This document shows positions 38,809-48,184 of a stretch of DNA of 64,000 nt, piece after piece. Positions within the stretch are counted from its first letter, which is position 1. Each line of letters starts with the position of its first letter. Under the pieces are notes generated by a model. That model was given only the letters and a program-made list of their open reading frames with translations, had not been told where the DNA came from and ran no database searches. A program made the position numbers and the translations under genes. Location: positions 8,062-72,061 of the forward strand of contig JBIOXV010000207.1 in NCBI GenBank assembly GCA_044869805.1, in the 5' to 3' direction. Origin of the DNA: Thermoanaerobaculia bacterium. Lineage in GTDB: Bacteria > Acidobacteriota > Thermoanaerobaculia > Multivoradales > SZUA-115.

Positions 38809-39459
38809 ATGCTCGTCGCAGCTCCTGCTAAAGCCCAGATCGCCCACAGCCTGGCCCGCGCTCCCGTGATCGGCGTCGTCCGCACCGCCTCCTTCGAGGA
38901 CGGGCGGGCGCAGGCGGAGGCCTTTCTCGACGCCGGCCTCGAGCTCGTCGAGATCACCTTCAGCGTACCCCGGGCAACGGCGCTGGTGACTGAGCTTCAG
39001 GCCCGCCGCGGCGCCGGCCCGCCCTGGATCGGCATGGGGACGGTGACCGGCCCGGGCCGCGTGGCCGCGGCCGTGACCGCGGGGGCGGAGTTCCTGGTCA
39101 GCCCCAATGCCGGCCGGGAGCTGCTGCAGGCGGCACGCGAGAGCGGGCTGTACCTGGTGGCCGGAGCCTTGACGCCCACCGAGATCGTGGCGGCGAGCGA
39201 GGGCGGCGCCGACCTGGTGAAGATCTACCCGTTGCCGCCGGTGGGTGGGCCGCGGTACCTGGCCACCATCCGCCAGCCGCTGTCCGACATTCCGATGCTG
39301 GCGGCCGGTGGCTTCGGGGTCGAGGAGATTCCCGAATACCGCGGCGCCGGAGCGGTTGCCTTTGGCCTGGGATCGCCCTTGCTCGGGGACGATCGGGAGG
39401 AGACGCGGCGGCGCGTCGCGCGCGCCTTGAGGCTGGCGCGCGGAGAGGAGGCTCGATGA
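38809..39459 (+). CDS. eda: KDPG/KHG aldolase
   Basis: Eda-family TIM barrel (VIGVVR..., GMGTV, KIYP lysine region). Confidence 0.8.
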   Translation: MLVAAPAKAQIAHSLARAPVIGVVRTASFEDGRAQAEAFLDAGLELVEITFSVPRATALVTELQARRGAGPPWIGMGTVTGPGRVAAAVTAGAEFLVSPNAGRELLQAARESGLYLVAGALTPTEIVAASEGGADLVKIYPLPPVGGPRYLATIRQPLSDIPMLAAGGFGVEEIPEYRGAGAVAFGLGSPLLGDDREETRRRVARALRLARGEEAR

Positions 39460-39875
39460 GCACAACGACACCCCCTCGGCACGTCGTTTTCGACGCGACG
39501 CCCGAGATCTTCGCGACCGACAGCAACGGCAGCTTCTCTTTTCCGCTGGTGGTCGGCGGCAATGCCGTGATCCCTTCCAGCGACTACGACGAGGCCCGGT
39601 TCGTGGTCTCCATCTGGCACCCCTCGGGCCAGCGCTCGATCGACCTCGACCGCGCGTACGTCGAGCTGCGCGCCTGCTTCGATCAGGAAGACCAGCACTG
39701 GATCAAGCTCGCCGAAATCGAGCCGGTGGTGCCGCCGTACTCCGGCGGAGAGAGCTTCGACGGCTGGGTGGTGCTGCCGGTGATGGCGGCGGAGAGCTCG
39801 TTCGCCGTGGTCGGCAGCGGCTTCGACTCCCGGGCGCGGGTGCAGGTGCGGGCGAGCGTGTACCTGGTGGCGTGA
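39456..39875 (+). CDS. hypothetical protein (139 aa), translationally coupled to eda (ATGA)
   Basis: ORF with coding-like composition. I recognise no domain. Confidence 0.4.
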   Translation: MSTTTPPRHVVFDATPEIFATDSNGSFSFPLVVGGNAVIPSSDYDEARFVVSIWHPSGQRSIDLDRAYVELRACFDQEDQHWIKLAEIEPVVPPYSGGESFDGWVVLPVMAAESSFAVVGSGFDSRARVQVRASVYLVA

Positions 39876-39898
39876 GGCGCCGCAGAGACCAGCGGCGC

Positions 39899-41122
39899 AT
39901 GGATCACCTGCAGCTCCTCGCCCGTCTCGCCCAGCCGGCAGAGAGCAAGCTCGTCCTGCTGGTGCTCGACGGCGTCGGCGACATCGCGACCGACGAGCAG
40001 CCAGAGACGGCCCTCGGCCGCGCCCGGCTTCCCAACCTCGACGCGCTGGCCGGCCGCTCGGCCCTGGGGCGGATCGTGCCGGTGGCGACCGGCATTACGC
40101 CCGGCAGCGGCCCCGGCCACCTGGCGCTCTTCGGCTACGACCCCTTGAGCCGCGAGGCCGACATCGGCCGCGGCGTGCTCGAGGCCCTGGGCTCCGGCCT
40201 GACCCTGAAGCCGGGGGAGGTGGCGGTGCGCGGCAACTTCGCGACCGCCGACGCGGCCGGCAACCTGACCGACCGCCGCGCCGGGCGCATCCCCACCTCC
40301 GAGTGCGTGCGCCTGGTCGGCCGGATGCGGGAAGCGATCGCCGCCCGTCCGGTCTCCGGCCTCGAGGTCGAGATCGAGCCGGGCGAGGGCCATCGCTTCG
40401 TCCTGGTGCTCAAGGGGGAGGGCCTCTCGGCCGCGGTCTCCGACACCGACCCCCAGCAGCTCGGCGTGCCGCCGCTGCCGCCCGAGCCCCTGACCCCGGA
40501 GGCCGCCTCCACTGTCGAACGGCTGCGCCGGGCCCTGCCGGTGCTCGAGGCGGCGATCGCCGGCGAGCCCCAGGCCAACCGGCTGCTGCTGCGCGGCTTC
40601 TCCGTGCTGCCCCACCTGCCGCAGATGGGCGAGCTCTATGGCCTGCGGCTGGGGGCCTTCGCCGGCTATCCGCTCTACCGCGGCGTGGCCGGCGCCTGCG
40701 GCATGGAAGTGGTGCCCTGCGGCAAGCGGATCGGCGAGATCCTCGACACCGTGGCCGAGCACTGGCAGCGCTTCGACTTCTTCTTCCTGCACGTCAAGCA
40801 GACCGACCAGGCCGGTGAGGATGGCAATCTGGCGGCCAAGGTCGAGGTGCTGGAGGAGGTCGACGCGGCGCTGCCACGGCTGCTGGCGCTCGGGCCGGAC
40901 GTCCTCGCGGTCACCGGCGACCACTCCACCCCGGCGCCGCTCAAGGCCCATAGCTGGCACCCCGTGCCGCTCCTCCTGTACTCGAGAGTCTGCTTCCGCG
41001 ACGGCGGGCAGGACTTCTCGGAGCTGGCCTGCACGGCGGGGCATCTGGGGACCTTTCCGTCGCGCGAGCTGCTCGGCCTGATGCTGGCCAACGGCGGGCG
41101 GCTCAAGAAGTTCGGGGCATAG
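39899..41122 (+). CDS. apgM: 2,3-bisphosphoglycerate-independent phosphoglycerate mutase, archaeal-type
   Basis: Metalloenzyme-superfamily motifs (LVLDGVGD, TGDHSTP) in the ApgM arrangement. Confidence 0.8.
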   Translation: MDHLQLLARLAQPAESKLVLLVLDGVGDIATDEQPETALGRARLPNLDALAGRSALGRIVPVATGITPGSGPGHLALFGYDPLSREADIGRGVLEALGSGLTLKPGEVAVRGNFATADAAGNLTDRRAGRIPTSECVRLVGRMREAIAARPVSGLEVEIEPGEGHRFVLVLKGEGLSAAVSDTDPQQLGVPPLPPEPLTPEAASTVERLRRALPVLEAAIAGEPQANRLLLRGFSVLPHLPQMGELYGLRLGAFAGYPLYRGVAGACGMEVVPCGKRIGEILDTVAEHWQRFDFFFLHVKQTDQAGEDGNLAAKVEVLEEVDAALPRLLALGPDVLAVTGDHSTPAPLKAHSWHPVPLLLYSRVCFRDGGQDFSELACTAGHLGTFPSRELLGLMLANGGRLKKFGA

Positions 41123-41160
41123 GGCTTGGTATCATTGCTCGCGGAGGGCGCCAGGGAGAG

Positions 41161-41712
41161 ATGAGCGAGGCTACCGAGAAACGGCTGTCTCTCGAGCTCG
41201 ACGGCACCGTCCTCGAGCTCGTCGAGGGCGATATCAGCGAGCTCGAGGTCGAGGCCCTGGTCAACCCTGCCAACGAGTCGCTCAAGTTGGGCACCGGGGT
41301 GGCGGGCGCGATCAAGAAACGCGGCGGGCCCTCGATTCAGGAGGAGTGCGACCGCATCGGCGGTACGCCGGTCGGCACCGCGGTGATGACCGGCGCCGGC
41401 AAGCTCAAGGCCAAGCGGGTGATCCACGCCGTGGGCCCGCGCATGGGGGACGGCGACGAGGACCGCAAGCTCGCCGCCGCGGTGCGCGCCGCGCTCGCCC
41501 TGGCGGACAGGAACGGCCTGCGCTCCATCGCCCTGCCGGCGATCTCGACCGGCAACTTCGGCTTCCCCATCGACCGCGCTGCCCGCATCATGCTGACCGA
41601 GATCCACCGTTACCTGCAGGGCGGGACGAAGCTCGACCGGGTCATCGTCTGCCTGTGGGGCGACGACGCCTTCGACACCTTCCGGCGCGAGCTGCGGCGC
41701 GGCTTCCGTTGA
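41161..41712 (+). CDS. macro domain protein (O-acetyl-ADP-ribose deacetylase-like)
   Basis: Macro-domain motifs (VNPANESL, GGTGVAGAI, ISTGNFGFP). Confidence 0.8.
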   Translation: MSEATEKRLSLELDGTVLELVEGDISELEVEALVNPANESLKLGTGVAGAIKKRGGPSIQEECDRIGGTPVGTAVMTGAGKLKAKRVIHAVGPRMGDGDEDRKLAAAVRAALALADRNGLRSIALPAISTGNFGFPIDRAARIMLTEIHRYLQGGTKLDRVIVCLWGDDAFDTFRRELRRGFR

Positions 41713-43634
41713 TGCTCTCCGAGCTGAAGGGCGATCTCGCCGGCCGCCTCGCGGCCCGCATCCGCGAGCTCTACGGCTTGGAGCAGCAGCCGGCGCTGGA
41801 GGTGCCGCCGCGCCGGGACCTCGGCGACCTCTCTTTCCCCGGCGCCCTGCAGCTCGCCAGGACGCTCAAGAAGAACCCGCGCGCCATCGCCACCGAGCTC
41901 GCCCAGGGTCTGGAGCTGCCGCCCCGGGTCGCCGAGCTCAAGGTCGAGGGCGCCGGCTACCTCAACTTCTACCTCCACCGCCCGGCGGCCGTAGCCCGGC
42001 TGCTGGCCGAGGAGGTCCTGGCACCCGCGCCGCGGGCCGGCAAGGTGGTGGTCGAGCACACCAACATCAACCCCAACAAGGCGGCGCACATCGGCCACCT
42101 GCGCAACGCCGTGCTCGGCGACGTGCTGGTGCGCTGCCTGCGCGCACTGGGCTTCGCGGTCGAGACCCAGAACTACATCGACGACACCGGCGTGCAGCTC
42201 GCCGACGTGGTGGTGGGCTTCGCCGACTTGCGCGGCATGGGCGCCGCCGAGGTCGCGGCGCTGCCCGAGCCCTTCGACTTCTACTGCTGGGACCTCTACA
42301 GCGAGGTCGGCCGCTGGTACGAGGCCGACCCGGCGCGCCGCGAGCTGCGCCAGGCGACGCTCCACGGCCTCGAGTCCGGGCACGGCGAGCGCGCCGAGCT
42401 CGGCCGCCTGGTGGCGCGGCGGGTGCTCCGCCGCCACCTCGCCACCATGCGCCGGCTGGGGATCGGCTACGACCTGCTGACCCGCGAGAGCGAGGTGCTG
42501 GCCCGGCAGTTCTTCACCCGTGCCTTCGAGCTGCTCGAGGCCTCGGGCGCCGTGCGACTGGAGGAGGAGGGCAAGAACCGGGGGTGCTGGGTGATGCCGC
42601 TCGCGGGGAGCGAGGAGTTCGCCGGCCTCGAGGACCCCGACAAAGTGATCGTGCGCTCGGACGGCACGGTGACCTACGTGGGCAAGGACATCGCCTACCA
42701 GCTCTGGAAGTTCGGCCTCCTGGGCTGCGATTTCAGCTATCGCTTCTGGGAGGAGGAGGGCGTCTGGGAGACTGGTGCGGACGGGGTGGCCGACCATCCA
42801 AACTTCGGCGGCGCCTCGCGGGTGATCAACGTCATCGACGCGCGCCAGAGCTACCTGCAGAAAATCGTGCGCGCCGGGCTCGAAGCCCTCGGCCACCGCG
42901 AGCAGGCGGCGGCCTCCGTGCACTTCGCCTACGAGATGGTGGCGCTCTCGCCGGCCACCGCCCGCCAGCTCGGCTTCGCGGCCGAGGAGGAAGGCGAGGC
43001 CGGCAAGGCGCTCGAGATGTCCGGCCGCAAGGGCATCGGGGTCAAGGCCGACGATTTGCTCGACCAGTTGATCGAGAAGAGCCGCGAAGAGATCGCGGAG
43101 CGCAATCGCGAGCTCCCCGAGGAGGATCTCGCCGACCTGGCCCGCCAGATCGCCACCGCCGCGCTGCGCTTCTTCATGGTCAAGGCGACGACCACGCGCG
43201 TCATCGCTTTCGACTTCGAGGAGGCCCTGGCCTTCGAGGGCGAAACCGGGCCCTACTTGCAGTACTCGTCGGTGCGGGTGCGCAACATCCGCCGCAAGCT
43301 CGCCGAAGCGGGGCTCGCCCCGCGGGTGACGGCGGCCGAGGTCGAGGCCCTGCCTGCCGGCCGCCTGTCGGACGACCTCTGGGACCTGGCGCTCGGCGTG
43401 GCGCAGATTCCCGAGGTGGTGGAGCGGGCGGCAGAGACGCTGGAGCTCTCGGCCGTGGCCCGTCACGCCCTGGAGCTCGCCCAGCGCTTCAACGCCGTCT
43501 ACCACCGCCATCCCATCCTGCAGGAGGAGGACCCCGAGGTGCGCACCGCCCGCCTGGCCGCGGTCGAGGTCTTCGAGCGCGGCTTGCAAGCGCTGACCGG
43601 CCTGCTGGGCGTGCCCCTGCCGGAGCGGATGTAG
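41712..43634 (+). CDS. argS: arginine--tRNA ligase
   Basis: HIGH-class I motif (PNKAAHIGHLRN), ArgS N-domain and anticodon-binding domain. The ATG overlaps the upstream stop (ATGA). Confidence 0.9.
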   Translation: MLSELKGDLAGRLAARIRELYGLEQQPALEVPPRRDLGDLSFPGALQLARTLKKNPRAIATELAQGLELPPRVAELKVEGAGYLNFYLHRPAAVARLLAEEVLAPAPRAGKVVVEHTNINPNKAAHIGHLRNAVLGDVLVRCLRALGFAVETQNYIDDTGVQLADVVVGFADLRGMGAAEVAALPEPFDFYCWDLYSEVGRWYEADPARRELRQATLHGLESGHGERAELGRLVARRVLRRHLATMRRLGIGYDLLTRESEVLARQFFTRAFELLEASGAVRLEEEGKNRGCWVMPLAGSEEFAGLEDPDKVIVRSDGTVTYVGKDIAYQLWKFGLLGCDFSYRFWEEEGVWETGADGVADHPNFGGASRVINVIDARQSYLQKIVRAGLEALGHREQAAASVHFAYEMVALSPATARQLGFAAEEEGEAGKALEMSGRKGIGVKADDLLDQLIEKSREEIAERNRELPEEDLADLARQIATAALRFFMVKATTTRVIAFDFEEALAFEGETGPYLQYSSVRVRNIRRKLAEAGLAPRVTAAEVEALPAGRLSDDLWDLALGVAQIPEVVERAAETLELSAVARHALELAQRFNAVYHRHPILQEEDPEVRTARLAAVEVFERGLQALTGLLGVPLPERM

Positions 43635-43643
43635 AGTCCGCGG

Positions 43644-44174
43644 GTGGACATCCCGCGCGCCACCCGAGTTGTCGCCGCTCATTTCGAGGGCCGAGGCGCT
43701 CCCTTCGCCGTGATCGGCGGCCTGGCACTGCACGCCTATGGCCTGCCTCGTGCCACATTCGACGTTGACTTCGCGACCGACGCGGCCAACCAGACGGAGC
43801 TGATCGAATTCCTGGAGTCGCTTGGCTACAGGACCCTTCATCGCTCCGCGGGCTACTCCAATCATCTCCATGACGATCCGGCCTGGGGCCGGGTCGACGT
43901 CGTGTATGTGCGAGACGAAACCAGCCGGCGCCTATTCACCGACGTACGCCGGCTGGAGCTGCTTCCCGGCCTGGTGGCTCCCGTTCCACGTCCGGAGCAT
44001 CTGATCGCGATGAAGGTGCACGCCATGGCGAACAGCCCCGAGCGCAGCTTCCAGGAGCTGGCGGATATCCGGTACTTGCTCACGCTTCCTGGAGTCGACG
44101 AGGGCGAGGTCCGAGAGGCCTTCGCCAAGAGAGGTTTGGCCCATCGCTATGACGACCTCGGCCGGTCGATCTGA
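43644..44174 (+). CDS. nucleotidyltransferase-fold protein (minimal nucleotidyltransferase/AbiEii-like)
   Basis: GGLALHAYGLPRATFDVDF resembles the GS...D.D motif of minimal nucleotidyltransferases. Confidence 0.45.
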   Translation: MDIPRATRVVAAHFEGRGAPFAVIGGLALHAYGLPRATFDVDFATDAANQTELIEFLESLGYRTLHRSAGYSNHLHDDPAWGRVDVVYVRDETSRRLFTDVRRLELLPGLVAPVPRPEHLIAMKVHAMANSPERSFQELADIRYLLTLPGVDEGEVREAFAKRGLAHRYDDLGRSI

Positions 44175-44355
44175 GCCGCTCGACCTGGAGCGCGACCTGC
44201 CGACGAGCCCCGAGGACGTCGCGGCGCTGGCCGCCGCCCGGCGGATACCGGTGTCGCCGGCCGCCTACGAGCAGTTCCTGAGATCGCTGGGTGACTTGCC
44301 CTACGAGGAGTTGCTGCATCGCCGCGGGCCGCGGGGCGAGCCTTTCGAGCTCTAG
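44149..44355 (+). CDS. small hypothetical protein (68 aa) whose 3-prime end is duplicated at 49455-49590
   Basis: Overlaps the end of the upstream gene. Its last 30 codons have a diverged paralogous copy downstream of the island. Confidence 0.3.
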   Translation: MTTSAGRSEPLDLERDLPTSPEDVAALAAARRIPVSPAAYEQFLRSLGDLPYEELLHRRGPRGEPFEL

Positions 44356-44634
44356 GAGCATTGGTGAAGGCCGTTGCCTGCGATCCGGGGTGCGCCCACT
44401 CTGTACAGCGCGAGCAGATGTGGCCTGAATGCTTGTTTCTGTGAGACCATCTGCTACTGCTCTGTACATACGACACCGTAACCTGCTGAGTGCGCTTCAG
44501 AACGAGCACTTTCGGGCCCGAGTAATGTGAAACCAGAAGAAGCCCATGCTCGCAGCTTATGAAGACAGGGTCGCCTTGAGCTGGCTCAGAGTTGTCGGCC
44601 TTCAGGCGGCCCAGGAAGAGCAGACGAATCAGCG

Positions 44635-45813
44635 ATGAGAGGGCGCCAGCCAGACGCGGCGGAACGACTACGGTCCGCTCTCGTTTCGGCGAAGTACACA
44701 GCCGGCAGGACCCATAGCTTCTACCTGTACCCTGCTCGGTTCTCACCCGAGATCGCGAAGGCTGTGGTCGAGTCCTTCACGGAGCCAGGTGACTGTGTCC
44801 TGGACCCATTTATGGGTGGTGGTACGGCTGTCGTAGAGGCGCTCAGCATTGGGCGGTCCGTGCTCGGTGTCGACCTGAACGCCCTAGCGCACTTCGTCGC
44901 TGAAGTAAAGACTCGACCTCTGTCGGGCCGGGACGAGGACGCCATCCAATGGTGGGCCTGCGGTGCCGCTCGGGGTCCGCGGTGGGCGCCGTCCGAGTCC
45001 ATGGCCGACGTCCAGAATCTCCCGGTCTCGATGAGGCGACTTCTCTCAGCGGCTCTCGCTCGGACAGAGGATCTCGACTTTCCGCGACAGCGCGCTTTTG
45101 CCCGCGGTGTGCTCTTGCGCCTTGGTCAGTGGGCTCTGGATTGTCGGGACGATTCGGCTCCAAGCAGACAGGACCTCGCGGAGAAGCTGCCGGAGCTAGC
45201 GGATCAGATGCTCGTGGGCCTGCGCGAGCTTGTTGAGTCGTGTCAGGCCGCGGGTATCCCGAAGAACCGCATAGTTGGGAAGCGACGGCTGTTGTGCCGC
45301 AATGCCGCTGGGCTTCATAAAGATCCGCGCATTGAACAACTCCGCGTGCGGCCACGCCTCGTCTTCACGTCTCCACCGTACCCGTGTGTCCATGTCCTCT
45401 ATCACCGTTGGCAGGTGCGCGGCCGTCGAGAGACCCCAGCCCCCTATTGGATCGCCCAGGTGCCGGATGGCTTCTACGCGAGCCACTACACGGGGGGGAG
45501 CCGCACGCCGACTGGAGAACGAAACTACTTCTCGATGATCCGGGCCGTGTTCACGTCGGTGCGACAAATTATCGCGCCCGACGCCGTCGTCATTCAGCTG
45601 GTGGGGTTCGCCGATTTCAAGCGACAACTCCCGCTCTACTTGTCCACGATGGCGGAAGCGGGCTTCGATACCGACGCCAACGCTGCGGGCAGCGGCCTAG
45701 TTCGGAACGTGCCCAACCGCAAGTGGTACGCAAAGCTCCAAGGGGACGTTGATGCCTCCTCGGAGGTGCTGCTGTTCCACCGGCCGCGTCGGGAGTGCAG
45801 GTCCCTGCACTAG
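44635..45813 (+). CDS. DNA methyltransferase (amino-MTase, N6A or N4C; motif I ... TRD ... motif IV order)
   Basis: Motif I DPFMGGGT near the N-terminus and motif IV TSPPY at about aa 245. Confidence 0.6.
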   Translation: MRGRQPDAAERLRSALVSAKYTAGRTHSFYLYPARFSPEIAKAVVESFTEPGDCVLDPFMGGGTAVVEALSIGRSVLGVDLNALAHFVAEVKTRPLSGRDEDAIQWWACGAARGPRWAPSESMADVQNLPVSMRRLLSAALARTEDLDFPRQRAFARGVLLRLGQWALDCRDDSAPSRQDLAEKLPELADQMLVGLRELVESCQAAGIPKNRIVGKRRLLCRNAAGLHKDPRIEQLRVRPRLVFTSPPYPCVHVLYHRWQVRGRRETPAPYWIAQVPDGFYASHYTGGSRTPTGERNYFSMIRAVFTSVRQIIAPDAVVIQLVGFADFKRQLPLYLSTMAEAGFDTDANAAGSGLVRNVPNRKWYAKLQGDVDASSEVLLFHRPRRECRSLH

Positions 45814-45822
45814 GTGGCGCAG

Positions 45823-48168
45823 CTATGGTCCGGCGGCCTGCGGGCCTCGGTAGAGGGTTCGGATCATCGGGATGATGATCCGCGCGATCCCGTCACAGTA
45901 GAGGCTGACGCGCCTCAGCTCGTCGACCTCACCTTCTTCCTCCGTTTCAGCGTTGCCATTCTTGGCCTCAGCCTTGGCCTCAGCCCTGTCCTGCAATTCC
46001 TTCTGCATTCCGAGGGCGCAGAGCAAGAGGCCATACTTGAACCAGTACTCGATGAGCGGATGGTCTTCCTCCTTCGCGCGGACGAGAGCATCTGTGAGGT
46101 ATGCGTTCTTCCTGTTGGCGAAGTACTCGAGCCCCCCGCTGTCGTCGTGCAGGATCTTGAGCGAGACCCCAGAGTCGTCGTAGTCCTTCCACTTGATCTC
46201 CGGGATGGCAAGGGTCGGCGCCTGACTCCGAGTTCCAGGCTGGCTGCGAGGGCCGCGTTGGTTCGGCCCCGGCGGCCTCGGATCCGACTCGGGTTCGGCC
46301 ACCAGAGTGAATCGGGACACGAAGGGCGAATCCCGTGTCTCAGTCTGGAGGTCCTCCACGCGGACCTCCACATCGATACGGTCGCCAGGCTTGGCGTCCC
46401 ATGGGACTCGCAGCAGGGCGTTCCAGCGCCCGTTCCAGAGGTTCTGGTGCTCAACGAGGTTCGGTGGCGAGACGCTTAGCGACCCCGGTGAGTCGCTTCT
46501 CCTGAAGTAGTCGTTCACGGCATCGGTTTCGAACTCTACGCGGCACGTCAGGTTGACCGGACAGGACTTCACCAGTCCACTTGGCGGGTTCTTTGTCAGG
46601 CGGAAGTAGGTCGGGAATTTCCTCCCAGTGAAGGGGGCCTCAGGGTCGGGGCCGGCCTTGGTGATCAGCCGGTCGCCGCTCCCGAAGAGCCGTGCGAGCA
46701 AGGGGTCAGACTTCAGGAGCTCGCTGAAGAGGTTCTTGGTTTCGTCCTCGTTGCTGAGGGTGTCCTCGATCTCCTTCTTCCGGCGTGAAGCGTTGAGCTG
46801 GCGAAGGCCAGCGTGGTCCCGCAGCACTTCCTTGAGCCGGTCGACTACCTCGTCGTAGATGTCGTTCTTCCTCACCCGGTCGCGCGACGCCATGAAGAAG
46901 TCCTCTCTTACCCCCGGGTCCATCGCTGTGCAGTCGATCGAGACGAGGAGGTGGTCCTTCAGGTAGTCCCACTTCAACCGGCGTGCGACGAAGTCCGAGG
47001 GAAGGCCGCCGTGCACCTGGCCGTTGACGGTAAAGAACACACCGTGTGGAATGTGGCGGGGCCTCACAGATTCGCGGAACACGGCGATTCGATAGGGCAG
47101 CAGCCCGATCCCCAGGAGGTCAAGGTCCGCGTAAGCTGGGAAGCCTACTTCGACCTTCGAGTCCTCCGGCGCATCATCCGACCCGATCGTGGCCCAGATT
47201 CCGGCCACGGTCGTGCTGAAGTAGTTGGCCCGGTAATCCCGGGTCTCAGTGAGTCGGAAGGGGAGGCAGGGTGAGTGCAGGAATCGCTCGAGCTCGTAGC
47301 GTGCCTCGAGTGTCGCGATTCCCCTCCCGCCCTTCCACTCGAAGTTGTACAGCTTGACGCACGTGCCGTATGGCAGATCGAGCATGTACGGCCTGGGCTG
47401 CGCTGTGCTCCGATCCTCGGGAAGCACCTTCACCGCCGCCGCGGCAAAGCGAGGCACTCTACCTCCCGGAGCGAGATAGACGTACATCGAGCTCGGGCGG
47501 GAGGGAGACGGCATCATGCGCCGGACGATCGTGAACCCCCAGAGGTCCTTCGAGGAGTCTCCTGGCCGTACTGGTAGGTCTGGGTGCCTGCGCGACAGGA
47601 TGAGCTGCATCTTGTGCTTACCGCAGAATGGAAGCGCGCCGGTGCCGCCGCAGTTGTACTTCCCCTGGACGAAGGGGATGCCCACCTTGTTCATGCGGAT
47701 CAAGGAGAGGAAGGTGCTCGGGAACTCGTCGGGAGTCTGGCCCTCGCCCTTGTCGATGACCAAGTATGACGGAGAGGCCTTCTCGCCGAGCACGACGACG
47801 TGGAGCCTCTTCGCCAGCTCTGTCTGTTCCTTGGCCACGAGGTTGGAGAGGAGCCCATCCTTCACTTGGAAGAACTCACCGACTGCTCGGGCCATGCTCT
47901 CCGGCGCGGCCGAGCTCTTGGGGTCGATGCCGCGCTTGAGGCACTCCGCCATCAGGAGCGCGTCGATGCCATTGACGATCTTCTCGACGAAGGCAGCGGT
48001 TGCCTCTGTCTGCTGATTCGTGACTACCGATCGGTTGTTCGGCATGTCCCCGAGCGGATGCCAGACCTCTTCGTTCTCGAGGCCGTACCCGGCCCGGGCG
48101 AGGATCTCATCCGCGCGGTCTTCGGCTTCAGCGTGGAGCAGGTGATCGAAGAGCGTAGTCTCGTCCAT
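45823..48168 (-). CDS. large protein with an N-terminal GHKL (MORC/MutL-like) ATPase motif set; unknown C-terminal 500 aa
   Basis: N-box EKIVNGIDA (ExxxNxxDA), G1 box DKGEG (DxGxG), and G2-like GKYNCGGTGA, at the spacing expected for GHKL ATPases. In an operon with the DGQHR gene. Confidence 0.4.
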   Translation of the reverse strand: MDETTLFDHLLHAEAEDRADEILARAGYGLENEEVWHPLGDMPNNRSVVTNQQTEATAAFVEKIVNGIDALLMAECLKRGIDPKSSAAPESMARAVGEFFQVKDGLLSNLVAKEQTELAKRLHVVVLGEKASPSYLVIDKGEGQTPDEFPSTFLSLIRMNKVGIPFVQGKYNCGGTGALPFCGKHKMQLILSRRHPDLPVRPGDSSKDLWGFTIVRRMMPSPSRPSSMYVYLAPGGRVPRFAAAAVKVLPEDRSTAQPRPYMLDLPYGTCVKLYNFEWKGGRGIATLEARYELERFLHSPCLPFRLTETRDYRANYFSTTVAGIWATIGSDDAPEDSKVEVGFPAYADLDLLGIGLLPYRIAVFRESVRPRHIPHGVFFTVNGQVHGGLPSDFVARRLKWDYLKDHLLVSIDCTAMDPGVREDFFMASRDRVRKNDIYDEVVDRLKEVLRDHAGLRQLNASRRKKEIEDTLSNEDETKNLFSELLKSDPLLARLFGSGDRLITKAGPDPEAPFTGRKFPTYFRLTKNPPSGLVKSCPVNLTCRVEFETDAVNDYFRRSDSPGSLSVSPPNLVEHQNLWNGRWNALLRVPWDAKPGDRIDVEVRVEDLQTETRDSPFVSRFTLVAEPESDPRPPGPNQRGPRSQPGTRSQAPTLAIPEIKWKDYDDSGVSLKILHDDSGGLEYFANRKNAYLTDALVRAKEEDHPLIEYWFKYGLLLCALGMQKELQDRAEAKAEAKNGNAETEEEGEVDELRRVSLYCDGIARIIIPMIRTLYRGPQAAGP

Positions 48169-48184
48169 TGGCGGGGTCCCCCTC

